In this document: positions 53,556-62,212 of the stretch, piece after piece
How positions within the stretch are numbered: position 1 is the first letter of the stretch
Layout of the letters: each line of letters begins with the position of its first letter
Origin: Bryobacterales bacterium
GTDB taxonomy: Bacteria; Acidobacteriota; Terriglobia; Bryobacterales; UBA6623
DNA: 64,000 nucleotides
Assembly (NCBI GenBank): GCA_965263255.1
Contig: CBDHHA010000008.1
Coordinates: forward strand, 4,549,987-4,613,986
Reading direction: 5' to 3'
The notes under the pieces: generated by a model
What the model saw: only the letters and a program-made list of their open reading frames with translations
Database searches by the model: none
What the model was told of the DNA's origin: nothing
Made by a program: the position numbers and the translations under genes

Positions 53556-55286
53556 GTGCTATCCAAGCTGAGGATCCGCAACTTCAAGCGTTTCGACCAG
53601 CTCGAGGTGGCACTCGGGAACCCGGTCTTGCTCCTTGGGCCCAATGACTCGGGCAAGTCCACCGTGATGCAGGCGCTCTCGCTCTGGGAGACCGGCCTCC
53701 GGCGTTGGCTGGAACGGCATTCCAGGGCACGGGCACCGGCGGACCGGCCCGGGGTGACCCTCAACCGGCGTGATCTCGTCTCGATGCCCGTCCCCAGGGC
53801 CAACCTTCTCTGGAAGGACCTTCGCTTGCGCGACGTTGGCGGGAGTGATGGCTGGCAAGCAACCGAGCACGTCAGGATCGAGATCGTCGTCGAGGGCACT
53901 GGCGGGGGCAGCGCGTGGGAGTGCGGTCTGGAGTTCGACTACGCAAACGAGGACTTGATCTACTGCCGTCCGCTCCGAGCCGACGATGGCCCGGACATCC
54001 GGAGAATCCCTGTACCCGAGCAGGCTGCCGAGGTTCGCACCGCATTCCTGCCCTCGATATCCGGGCTCGCACCGAGCGAGACATTGCTGGCGCCCGGCAC
54101 CGTCGGTGTCCGCATTGGCGAGGGCCGCACCGCCGAGGTGCTGCGGAATCTGTGCCTGGCCGTGTGGGAGCGCCAGCCCGAGAACTGGGACAAGATAGTC
54201 GGGCATATCCGCTCCCTGTTCGGAGCGACCGTCGACCCGCCCCGCTACCAGGTCGAGCGAGGCGAAATCACAGTCGCGTTCCGTGACGGCGACCTGCTAA
54301 TGGACATCTCCTCAGCCGGGCGGGGCTTCCACCAGCTGCTGCTGGTGCTCTCATTCATGTACGCTCGCCCGGGTACGGTGCTGCTGCTGGACGAGCCCGC
54401 TGCACATCTGGAGCCCTCGCGCCAGCGCCAGTCGTATCGGGCGATTCGCGAGGTCTCGCGGGAGACCGGCAGTCAGGTCATCATCTCGACGCATTCCGGG
54501 GTGCTGCTGGACGAGGCCCTCGATCAGGACCTCGTGCTCGCCTTCGTGGGAAAGCCCCGCCAGATTGGCAGGCACTACGGCGAGCGTGCCGCGCAGGCGC
54601 TCCGCGAGATTGGTTTCGAGGACTGCATGCAGGCGGAACAGGCGGGCTGGGTGCTCTACATTGCCGGCCCGGCGGACCTCTCCGCGCTGCGGGCGTTCGC
54701 TCGCCGCCTCGGCCACGAGCGGGCGGTTGCAGCGCTTCAGCGCCCGTTCGTCCGCTACCTCGCGAATTCCGGTTCCGCTGCCGAGCGCCATTTTGGGGCG
54801 CTCGCGACCGTCGTGCCGGAAGTCCGGGGCTGCGCGCTCTTGGACAGCCGGAACTCTGATGACAGTGCCGGCAGTAGTCCCAACGGGCCCGCATTACTTC
54901 GCTGGAGCAGGGGCCGGCTCGAGGACTACGTGCTGACGCCCGCGGCGCTTGAAGCATACGCAGTCCGCGAAGCACGCTCTCAGGCTGTCGGCCCACTCTT
55001 CGCTCCAGACCAGGCCGCGACGCGGCGCCAGGCCATGAGGGAAGCGATCGATTCCGTAGGGGACCTCCAAGGGGAGGACTTGGCCGGGTCGCGGGCTGCC
55101 CATGGCGGGTGGGCTGCGCTCGAGCCGGTCTTCCGGCTCTACAGGCTGAAGCTCGGTCTCGGTGCAGATCTTCCGCTTCCGGATGCGGCGGATCTGGTGG
55201 AGGGCCTCCCCGACAGCGAGATTGATGCCGAGATCCGCGAGAAGCTCGACGCGATCGTTCTCGCGGCGGAGGGTGTGGGCGATTGA
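53556..55286 (+). CDS. OLD-family-like fusion of an N-terminal ABC-type ATPase and a C-terminal Toprim-like domain with degenerate motifs
   Basis: GTG start. The opening LRIRNFKRFD precedes Walker A GPNDSGKST. Signature-like SSAGRGFHQLL, Walker B VLLLDEPAAHLEP, H-loop ISTHSG. In the C-terminal part, WVLYIAGPADLSALRAF parallels the OLD/GajA motif VLLIEGPSEKILFEKV, followed by CALLDSRNSDD and LEDYVLTP, which resembles IENYLL. Confidence 0.7.
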   Translation: MLSKLRIRNFKRFDQLEVALGNPVLLLGPNDSGKSTVMQALSLWETGLRRWLERHSRARAPADRPGVTLNRRDLVSMPVPRANLLWKDLRLRDVGGSDGWQATEHVRIEIVVEGTGGGSAWECGLEFDYANEDLIYCRPLRADDGPDIRRIPVPEQAAEVRTAFLPSISGLAPSETLLAPGTVGVRIGEGRTAEVLRNLCLAVWERQPENWDKIVGHIRSLFGATVDPPRYQVERGEITVAFRDGDLLMDISSAGRGFHQLLLVLSFMYARPGTVLLLDEPAAHLEPSRQRQSYRAIREVSRETGSQVIISTHSGVLLDEALDQDLVLAFVGKPRQIGRHYGERAAQALREIGFEDCMQAEQAGWVLYIAGPADLSALRAFARRLGHERAVAALQRPFVRYLANSGSAAERHFGALATVVPEVRGCALLDSRNSDDSAGSSPNGPALLRWSRGRLEDYVLTPAALEAYAVREARSQAVGPLFAPDQAATRRQAMREAIDSVGDLQGEDLAGSRAAHGGWAALEPVFRLYRLKLGLGADLPLPDAADLVEGLPDSEIDAEIREKLDAIVLAAEGVGD

Positions 55287-55500
55287 AGGCATAGCCGCCA
55301 TGCGCCGCTCCCAGCGCGATTCCCCGGTCCAAGCGCGACACCGGGACGGGTCGAGAGCACGTGGCGAACCAACCGCGCACCAAGCAGGGGACCAACCGCG
55401 GGTGCCGCAGCGTGGGGCGGCGGCTCCGAAGTCGCACCGAGCAGACCATGCGAGGGCAGCCTGACGCCAACCTCTGCGAACAGGCCCCACAATAAGAGAT

Positions 55501-56385
55501 ATGGCTGCGGCAGACCCGTCCTCCAGCGAAACGCCCGTTTCCCGCAAGGCGACGCTGCTGATCACCCTAGTGGCCGTGGCCAGCATCGTCATTCCGTTCT
55601 GGTTCTGGATGGACACGTGGTTCGGAAAGCGCCTCACCGAGGAGCAGATCGGCCAGTACCTGGTTGACGAAGATCGCCCTCGCCGTGCGCAGCATGCGCT
55701 AGCACAGATCTCCCAGCGGATGACTTCCGGAGACGAGTCCGTCAGGGTCTGGTACCCGAGAATCCTGGAATTGGCGCGTCACCAGCTGCCCGAGCTCCGC
55801 GTCACGGTTGCCTGGCTGATGGGAGACGACCCGTCCAGCGAGGAGTTCCACGACGCCCTCCGGGTGCTGGTTGCCGACCCCCACCCCCTGGTACGCCGCA
55901 ACGCCGCGCTCGCTCTGGCGAGATTCGGCGATTCCAGCGGCCGTGAAGAGATGCGCGCGATGCTGCAACCCTACCGCGTTGCCTCGGATCACTCCGGCAT
56001 TGTCACCAATCGCCTCGAGCCTGGCGACGCATTCGAGGCCGGCGCGCTTCTGGTTCGGATCCAGCCGGAAGACGACGCGGACCCGTTGGACGTTCGCGCG
56101 CCCGTGCCCGGGATCGTCGACCGCCAGCTGCGCGCTGATGGCGACCGCGTCACAACGGGCGACGAAGTGACGGTCGTCCGCCCCGAGTCGACGCATATCT
56201 TGCAAGCCCTCGCGGGGCTCTATCTAGTGGGTACTTCCGAGGACATTGGCCTCATCCAGCCGTACCGGAGGCCGAGAAGCGGCCTCAGCGCCCAGATACC
56301 CCAGCAAGCCGCGCTGACGCTGGCCGGAATCCGCGAGCGCTTGGCGGGCGGCTCCCCGGTACCGGCTGCGGGAAGCCAGCTCTAA
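55501..56385 (+). CDS. Membrane-anchored HEAT-repeat protein with a C-terminal barrel-sandwich-hybrid (lipoyl/HlyD-like) motif
   Basis: It has one N-terminal TM helix (LLITLVAVASIVIPFWFWM) and HEAT-like units (DPHPLVRRNAALALARFGDSSGREEM). The segment GIVTNRLEPGDAFEAGALLVRI...VRAPVPGIVDRQLRADGDRVTTGDEVTVV resembles a barrel-sandwich hybrid. Confidence 0.55.
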   Translation: MAAADPSSSETPVSRKATLLITLVAVASIVIPFWFWMDTWFGKRLTEEQIGQYLVDEDRPRRAQHALAQISQRMTSGDESVRVWYPRILELARHQLPELRVTVAWLMGDDPSSEEFHDALRVLVADPHPLVRRNAALALARFGDSSGREEMRAMLQPYRVASDHSGIVTNRLEPGDAFEAGALLVRIQPEDDADPLDVRAPVPGIVDRQLRADGDRVTTGDEVTVVRPESTHILQALAGLYLVGTSEDIGLIQPYRRPRSGLSAQIPQQAALTLAGIRERLAGGSPVPAAGSQL

Positions 56386-57263
56386 GGCAGCGTCGTGACC
56401 TCGTAGCTGTCAGGATCCTTCATGATCCTGTCGACAAGGGCCACGTGCATCGCATGTCCGGCACGCGAGGCCACGACCTTGCCTAGGATCGAGTGACCGA
56501 GCAGGGCTAGGTCCCCGATTAGGTCCAGCACCTTGTGTCGGCACGGCTCGTCCTCATAGCGGAGCCCGCCCTCGTTGAGCACGGATCCGTCCTCGCGGAA
56601 GCAGACTGCGTTCTCCAGGCTCGCGCCGCGGATCAGGCCCATGTCCCGCATCGCCGACAGTTCGTTCTCGAAGCCGAATGTCCGCGCCGGCGCGATCTCT
56701 GCCAGGTAGGACTCGGGAGTCACCCGGATTCCGACCTGCTGCTGCTCCACCCCGGGCTTGTTGTAGTTCGTCCGGCAGTCGATTTCGAATGAATCCGCAG
56801 GCTCTATCGAGACCAGCTTGTCTCCCTCGGCGACCTCGACCCGCTTCCGCAGCCGAAGGTATCTCCGGCGTCTCCTCTGCCTCTCGACTCCGGCCTCCTC
56901 GATGAGCCGTGCGAATGGGCGGGCGCTCCCGTCAAGGATGGGCACTTCCAGGTTGTCGATCTCGATCCGGACGTTGTCGACTCCGACCGCGCGCAGCACG
57001 CTCAGCAAGTGCTCCGTCGTGGAGAGCAGGACCCCTTGGCGCATCAGGCTCGTCGCGTAGGACACCCTGGCAACGTGTCGCCAGCTGGCTGGGATCTCGA
57101 AGCCGGCCAGATCCGTTCGGGCGAAGACGACGCCCCGGCCCGATGGAGACGGAACCATGCGCAGACGGACTTCGACGCCGCTGTGGAGTCCGACGCCGCT
57201 CGCCGACACCGGCTTGCCAATGGTGTGCTCGTAGGTCGCGGAGAGGGGAGCGGGTGAGCGCAT
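56382..57263 (-). CDS. lpxC: UDP-3-O-acyl-N-acetylglucosamine deacetylase
   Basis: It aligns by eye with E. coli LpxC: SGVGLHSG, TTEHLLSVLRAVGVDN, PILDGSARPF, ARTFGF, DEPCRHKVLDLIGDLALLG, GHAMH. The start is ATG 57263 (alternative 57284). Confidence 0.9.
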   Translation of the reverse strand: MRSPAPLSATYEHTIGKPVSASGVGLHSGVEVRLRMVPSPSGRGVVFARTDLAGFEIPASWRHVARVSYATSLMRQGVLLSTTEHLLSVLRAVGVDNVRIEIDNLEVPILDGSARPFARLIEEAGVERQRRRRRYLRLRKRVEVAEGDKLVSIEPADSFEIDCRTNYNKPGVEQQQVGIRVTPESYLAEIAPARTFGFENELSAMRDMGLIRGASLENAVCFREDGSVLNEGGLRYEDEPCRHKVLDLIGDLALLGHSILGKVVASRAGHAMHVALVDRIMKDPDSYEVTTLP

Positions 57264-57372
57264 TCGCCAATCAGTGCACTCCATTGTAGTTGGCGGGGGA
57301 TGGGCACCCCAAGTGATTGTCAAACAAGGATTTCGACACACCGGGGTGTGTCGGGAACGCAACTATTCCGGG

Positions 57373-58545
57373 CTAGATCCTGCCGTACAGCCGGCCGCGG
57401 TTGAGTAGCAGGAGAGGGTCGAAGTCCGCCTTGACCCGTTGCATGAGGTCGAATTCGCTTCCGCTTGCGTCCCACTGGACGAGGTCGCGCTTCACGTCGT
57501 CGTGCGCGGACTCGAGAGTCGCGCTGAAGCCCTCGTCGCGGAGGGCCTGGAGTGCCCTGCTCGCTGTCTCGGCGTCGGGCGCTAGGCACAGCCCCGTAGC
57601 GTTGCCCGCCCGCAGCGCTGCGGCGCAACCGGCCCGCTCGGCCTGACCTAGGAGGGTGTCGAGTCGCGAGTGCACTGTCGAAACACGGATCAACGCCCCT
57701 GACGGATGTCCGTCGAGCCACTGCGGCCCGCATTCCCTGATCCGCTCCCAGGCGTCGGCCGGCAGATCCTCGAGTTCCACGCCTGCGCGGCTCGCAAGGG
57801 ATCGGTATTCGTCCGCGTAGCGGCGTGTCACCGCGGCACTTCCCGACGCCTCCACCAGCAGCGAATGGAACGGATCCAGCCCGGTGTGCGCAGCCGCCCT
57901 CGGGTCGAGCCAGTCGATTGCCACGGGCTGGAGCTCCGAGCCGAGCACCTCCTGCTTGACCGCCAGCAGCGCTTCCATGGATGCGGACCGGAACGCGAAC
58001 GACGCCATGGACTCGGGTCTCGGAAACACCTTGAAGTTGGCCGATGCGATCACCGCGAGCGTCCCGAAGGAGCCGATCATGAGCTTCCCCATATCGAGGC
58101 CGGTCACGTTCTTGACGACCATTCCGCCGGAGCTGACCAGCTTGCCGTCCAGCGTCGCGAAGCGCATTCCGATGACCATGTCTCGCGCCGTCCCGTACCG
58201 CCTCCGCCGCGGACCGCTGGAATTCGTGGCGAGGATCCCACCGATCGTGGCGCTCTCCTGGCAGGGAGGGTCAAGGGGCAGGAACTGGTTGTTCTCCGCA
58301 AGGATCCTAACCAGCTCGGAATACCGCATGCCGGCCTGCAGGCTGACCGTCAGGTCGGCGGGCTCGTAAGCGAGCAGCCGGTCCAGCTTCTTGGTCTCGA
58401 TCCGATAGCGCGCCTCGGACACCGGGCCTCCGGAGAGGCGCTTCGAGAAGGATCCGCCTGTTTCGACGCTAGCCTGCTCCTCGCTGCATCGAACCAGCGC
58501 ATCGCGCAGTTCCTCGGCTGTCGCCGGCACGATCGAATCTGGCAT
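57373..58545 (-). CDS. FAD-binding oxidoreductase (FAD_binding_4, GlcE-like)
   Basis: LLAYEPADLTVSLQAGMRYSELVRILAENNQFLPLDPP...TIGGILATNSSGPRR..YGTARDMVIGMRFATLDGKLV..GGMVVKNVTGLDMGKLMIGSFGTLAVI is the glycolate-oxidase GlcE / D-lactate dehydrogenase fold signature. Confidence 0.75.
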   Translation of the reverse strand: MPDSIVPATAEELRDALVRCSEEQASVETGGSFSKRLSGGPVSEARYRIETKKLDRLLAYEPADLTVSLQAGMRYSELVRILAENNQFLPLDPPCQESATIGGILATNSSGPRRRRYGTARDMVIGMRFATLDGKLVSSGGMVVKNVTGLDMGKLMIGSFGTLAVIASANFKVFPRPESMASFAFRSASMEALLAVKQEVLGSELQPVAIDWLDPRAAAHTGLDPFHSLLVEASGSAAVTRRYADEYRSLASRAGVELEDLPADAWERIRECGPQWLDGHPSGALIRVSTVHSRLDTLLGQAERAGCAAALRAGNATGLCLAPDAETASRALQALRDEGFSATLESAHDDVKRDLVQWDASGSEFDLMQRVKADFDPLLLLNRGRLYGRI

Positions 58546-58646
58546 GTGTCTGGTCGGGATCCCTGGCAAGCGGGACCCTCGGCTCCGCGATCAGCCGGAA
58601 CCTGCGGCCCGTTGGAGTGTGCTGCGGCTTCTGGAGCCGGACTCCC

Positions 58647-59714
58647 TCACATTACCTGCTCGAAGACGGCGAAGTCGCCAGGGTTCCAAGCCTGGGCGAT
58701 CACGTAGAGCTTGCCGTTGGAGCGGTGCAGGACCGCGTTGTGCACGTGCTGGAACTTCTCGAGCCCGAGTTCAGCCTTCGGAAGGATCGTCGACACCAGC
58801 TTGTCGTCCTCGAGAATGTAGATCGGAGCGCCCTGCGGGCGGTCCGGTCCATGCAGCGCCCCGACCACCCCGAGGTTGCCGAGATAATCCACGTCGCACG
58901 GATAGGAACCGAGCGGGAGCTTCAGCGTCGAAATGTACTGCCCGTGCCGGGTGAACCGGTCGATCTCCGCGTTCGGACGGTCCGCGACGTCGACTCGGCT
59001 GGTTCCCGAAGGCACCGTGATGCCGTGGCCCGTCCCGAACTGGCCCGCTCCGCTGCCCTTGCCGCCGAACGCCAGGTCGTACCACGAGACCTTGAACGGG
59101 CTGGTGCTCTCGATCTTGGCCGTGATTACGTAGTCCAGCTGGGAGTAGCCGGTCGCGACGTACAGGAGACTGCCCAGCTTCTCCACGTCGGTGGGCACGA
59201 AGTTGCCTCGTCCGAAGAAGTACTGGGTCGCGGTCGGGAATCCTAGGTCCTCGGTGCCGTCCGGGGCGCCGAGCGTATGCTCCAGATTTCCGGTCAGGTC
59301 CGTCGTGTAGACTGCCGACGACCCGTTTCCGGGGAACGAGAGATGGCCCTTGCCGTCCGAGTCGTACCAGATGGTCGCGTTATGCATGTTGTGCGGCTTC
59401 ATCGCCTCGTCCGTGGCTAGCATCGTGGCTTTCGAGAGGTCCGGGCTGAGCTGGATGATGCCGGCGCCGGGCAACGCGAAGTAAACCTCGCCCTTGCCAT
59501 CGCGGCGATCGATCGCGAAGCCTCCGTGCGCTTTCTCCAGAACCGCCTGAGCTTCCGCAGGCAGGTGACTGCCCTTGTAGGCGACCTTGAACTTGTACTT
59601 CCCCTGGCCACTTACCAAGTGGTTGTCTGCTGACGTCGGCTCGGGCGTGAACCCGGCTGTCCATGCGAAGACTAGTAGCGCTGCGAAGAGCGCTGCGATT
59701 GCTGTGCGGTACAT
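58647..59714 (-). CDS. Secreted NHL-repeat beta-propeller protein (peptidyl-alpha-hydroxyglycine lyase-like)
   Basis: ATG 59714 gives the leader MYRTAIAALFAALLVFAWTAG. The NHL-type motif is GSGAGQFGTGHGITV and the sequence has propeller-like periodicity. The PAL-like call is tentative. Confidence 0.6.
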   Translation of the reverse strand: MYRTAIAALFAALLVFAWTAGFTPEPTSADNHLVSGQGKYKFKVAYKGSHLPAEAQAVLEKAHGGFAIDRRDGKGEVYFALPGAGIIQLSPDLSKATMLATDEAMKPHNMHNATIWYDSDGKGHLSFPGNGSSAVYTTDLTGNLEHTLGAPDGTEDLGFPTATQYFFGRGNFVPTDVEKLGSLLYVATGYSQLDYVITAKIESTSPFKVSWYDLAFGGKGSGAGQFGTGHGITVPSGTSRVDVADRPNAEIDRFTRHGQYISTLKLPLGSYPCDVDYLGNLGVVGALHGPDRPQGAPIYILEDDKLVSTILPKAELGLEKFQHVHNAVLHRSNGKLYVIAQAWNPGDFAVFEQVM

Positions 59715-60045
59715 GACTTCGAGCCTCGCCAATACTGTACACGAAGTAGCCGTAGCTTCCATATTGTGCTCGGACAAGTACAGTGCCAGCCTCCGCCTGG
59801 AGCAGGAACGAATCAGCTTCGGATGGGTGCAGGATGCGCTGGCGTCGCTAACCGGCCGGGACGACGCACTGGGCGAAGAGTAGCTCGCCCTATGTCCGAG
59901 CCCGGGAATCCGGTCTCCGCGCGCCTCGAAAGGGGCTCTGGGTCGGCTGAATCCCGGTACCCCAGTGCTACCATCGCAAGTAATGCACTGAGTTGCGCCC
60001 CTGCCGGGAGGCGATTAGCCAGGCAGCGCCGGCCGGCTTGCGACA

Positions 60046-62196
60046 GTGTCTCCGCATTACATGCCCGCGCACCAGCCAGCACCTGTCGACACCACCTCGG
60101 AGTGGGGCCACCTTCCTCCCGACATTCGGGAGGAGATCGATGTCTTCGAAACGGAGTTGCGGAGGGTCCAGGCTGGCCTTGTCGACGACAAGCTGTTCAC
60201 CGAGTTCCGCCTGCGCCACGGTGTGTACGGACAGCGCCAGGACCGGGTCCAGATGCAGCGGATCAAGATCCCGATGGGGAGGCTGACGGCGGACCAGCTG
60301 GTGGCCCTGGCCGATATCGCGGAGGAGTACGCGGTCGGCGTGCTCCACGTCACAACCCGACAGGACTTCCAGTGCCACTTCGTTGACATCAACGACACGC
60401 CGAACCTGATGAGACGGCTCGCAGCGGTCGGGATCACCACTCGCGAGGCCTGCGGCAACGTCATCCGCAACGTCACCTGCTGCCCGCAGGCCGGCGTCTG
60501 CTGCGACGAGGCCTTCGACGTGGCTCCTCACGCCCACGCGATGGCGTACTTCATGCTGCGCCATTCGGACGCCCAGAACTTCGGGCGTAAGTTCAAGATC
60601 TCCTATTCCGGCTGCGAGGGGCATGCCTGCGGGCTCGGCCGGATGCATGACATCGGTGCCGTCGCGCGTGTCCGGGACGGTGTCGAGGGCTTCCAGGTGC
60701 TTGTCGGGGGAGGGCTGGGATCGCTCCCGCACCAGGCCAAGGTGTACAGCGAGTTCGTACCCGCCGGCGAGATGCTCCCGCTGGCTCAGGCGATCTCGAG
60801 GGTGTTCGCACGATTCGGTGAGAAGAAAAACCGCGCCAAGGCTCGGATGAAGTTCCTGATCGCCAAGCAGGGAATCGACGAGTTCCGGCGGCTGGTCGAG
60901 GAGGAGCGGGCTCGGCTTCCGACCGACGCTCGCTGGGAGAGCGAGATCGCCTCAGCGGTCGGAAAGCTGGAAGATGCTCCCTTGAAGCCTCCCTCCGAGC
61001 TGGCGACGCCCGAGGACCCGGACCCCGGCTTGGCCGAGTGGCTCGAATTCAATGTCCGCCCGCAGCGCCAGGCCGGCTACTCCACCGTTGACGTCTTCCT
61101 GCCGCTCGGCGACATCACATCGGAGCAGGCCCGCGAGTTCGCAGAGCTCTCTCGCGCGTTCGTCAAGGACACCCTCCGGACGACCGTGGACCAGAACCTG
61201 CTGCTGCAGTGGGTCTCGAACGCCGACCTCCCCGACCTCTTCCGGGCTCTCAAGGCGATCGGCCTCGCCGAGGCGGGAGCCGGCCGGCTCAAGGATGTGG
61301 TCGCCTGCCCGGGCACCGACTCGTGCAAGCTCGGGATCACCTCGTCCCGCGGGCTGGCAGCCCACCTGCATCGGAAGTTCGCCAACGGGATGAGCGGAAT
61401 CGCCCATCGATCGGACCTCAAGATCAAGATCAGCGGCTGCTTCAATTCGTGCGGGCAGCACCATATCGCCGATATCGGGTTCTTCGGGTCGGTCCAGCGC
61501 AAGAAGAACGACACCGCCCCGGTCTTTCAGGTCACCCTCGGGGGCTCCACGCGCAGCAACGCCGAGTCCTACGGCCTCGCCATCGGCAAGATCCCCTCCC
61601 AGAACGTGGACAAGGCAATCGCCAAAGTGAGCGAGTTCTACAGCCGCGAGAAGCGCGGAGAGGAGACGCTCGCCGACGTTGTGGCGCGCTTGGGCAAGAG
61701 CCGCGTCAAGGAAGAACTCAGCGAATTCATGACGCTCCCGTCCTACGAGGATGCCCCGGGCTATTACAAGGACATCCGCCAGCCATGGCAGTACCAGCGC
61801 TCGATCGGCGTGGGAGAGTGCGCGGGCGAGGTTGTCGACCAGGCGGAGTTCATGCTTGAGGATGCAGACCGGATTCACTTCGAGTCGACACTGGATCTAG
61901 AGGCCAGCCGATACGCCGACGCGTCCGCCAAGGCCTTCGACGCCTGCCGCAAGGCAGCGGATGCGTTGCTGTTCACGAAGGGGCTCTGGCTGTCGGACCG
62001 GTACGACACCGTCGCGGAGTTCCGCAAGCACTTCTACGACTCCGACGGCTTCTACAGGCCGTTCGCGGAGAACTTCCTGCGCACTGCCCAGGAGGGACAC
62101 AGCAGCGATCCGGAGCGAGCCCGCCTGCAGGTCGAGGAGGCAACGCTCTTCATCGAAGCGGCACAGGGAGTCTACTCCCAGGCTGTGGCCTTCTAG
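60046..62196 (+). CDS. Assimilatory ferredoxin-type sulfite/nitrite reductase (sirohaem-[4Fe-4S]) with a C-terminal extension of about 135 aa
   Basis: It has a duplicated NIR_SIR fold. The Cys cluster is CPGTDSC (C-x5-C) ... SGCFNSCGQHHI (C-x3-C). At 716 aa it is longer than the usual about 560-600 aa. The start is GTG 60046 or ATG 60061. Confidence 0.85.
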   Translation: MSPHYMPAHQPAPVDTTSEWGHLPPDIREEIDVFETELRRVQAGLVDDKLFTEFRLRHGVYGQRQDRVQMQRIKIPMGRLTADQLVALADIAEEYAVGVLHVTTRQDFQCHFVDINDTPNLMRRLAAVGITTREACGNVIRNVTCCPQAGVCCDEAFDVAPHAHAMAYFMLRHSDAQNFGRKFKISYSGCEGHACGLGRMHDIGAVARVRDGVEGFQVLVGGGLGSLPHQAKVYSEFVPAGEMLPLAQAISRVFARFGEKKNRAKARMKFLIAKQGIDEFRRLVEEERARLPTDARWESEIASAVGKLEDAPLKPPSELATPEDPDPGLAEWLEFNVRPQRQAGYSTVDVFLPLGDITSEQAREFAELSRAFVKDTLRTTVDQNLLLQWVSNADLPDLFRALKAIGLAEAGAGRLKDVVACPGTDSCKLGITSSRGLAAHLHRKFANGMSGIAHRSDLKIKISGCFNSCGQHHIADIGFFGSVQRKKNDTAPVFQVTLGGSTRSNAESYGLAIGKIPSQNVDKAIAKVSEFYSREKRGEETLADVVARLGKSRVKEELSEFMTLPSYEDAPGYYKDIRQPWQYQRSIGVGECAGEVVDQAEFMLEDADRIHFESTLDLEASRYADASAKAFDACRKAADALLFTKGLWLSDRYDTVAEFRKHFYDSDGFYRPFAENFLRTAQEGHSSDPERARLQVEEATLFIEAAQGVYSQAVAF

Positions 62197-62212
62197 GCGG
62201 CGAACCCCGAGC

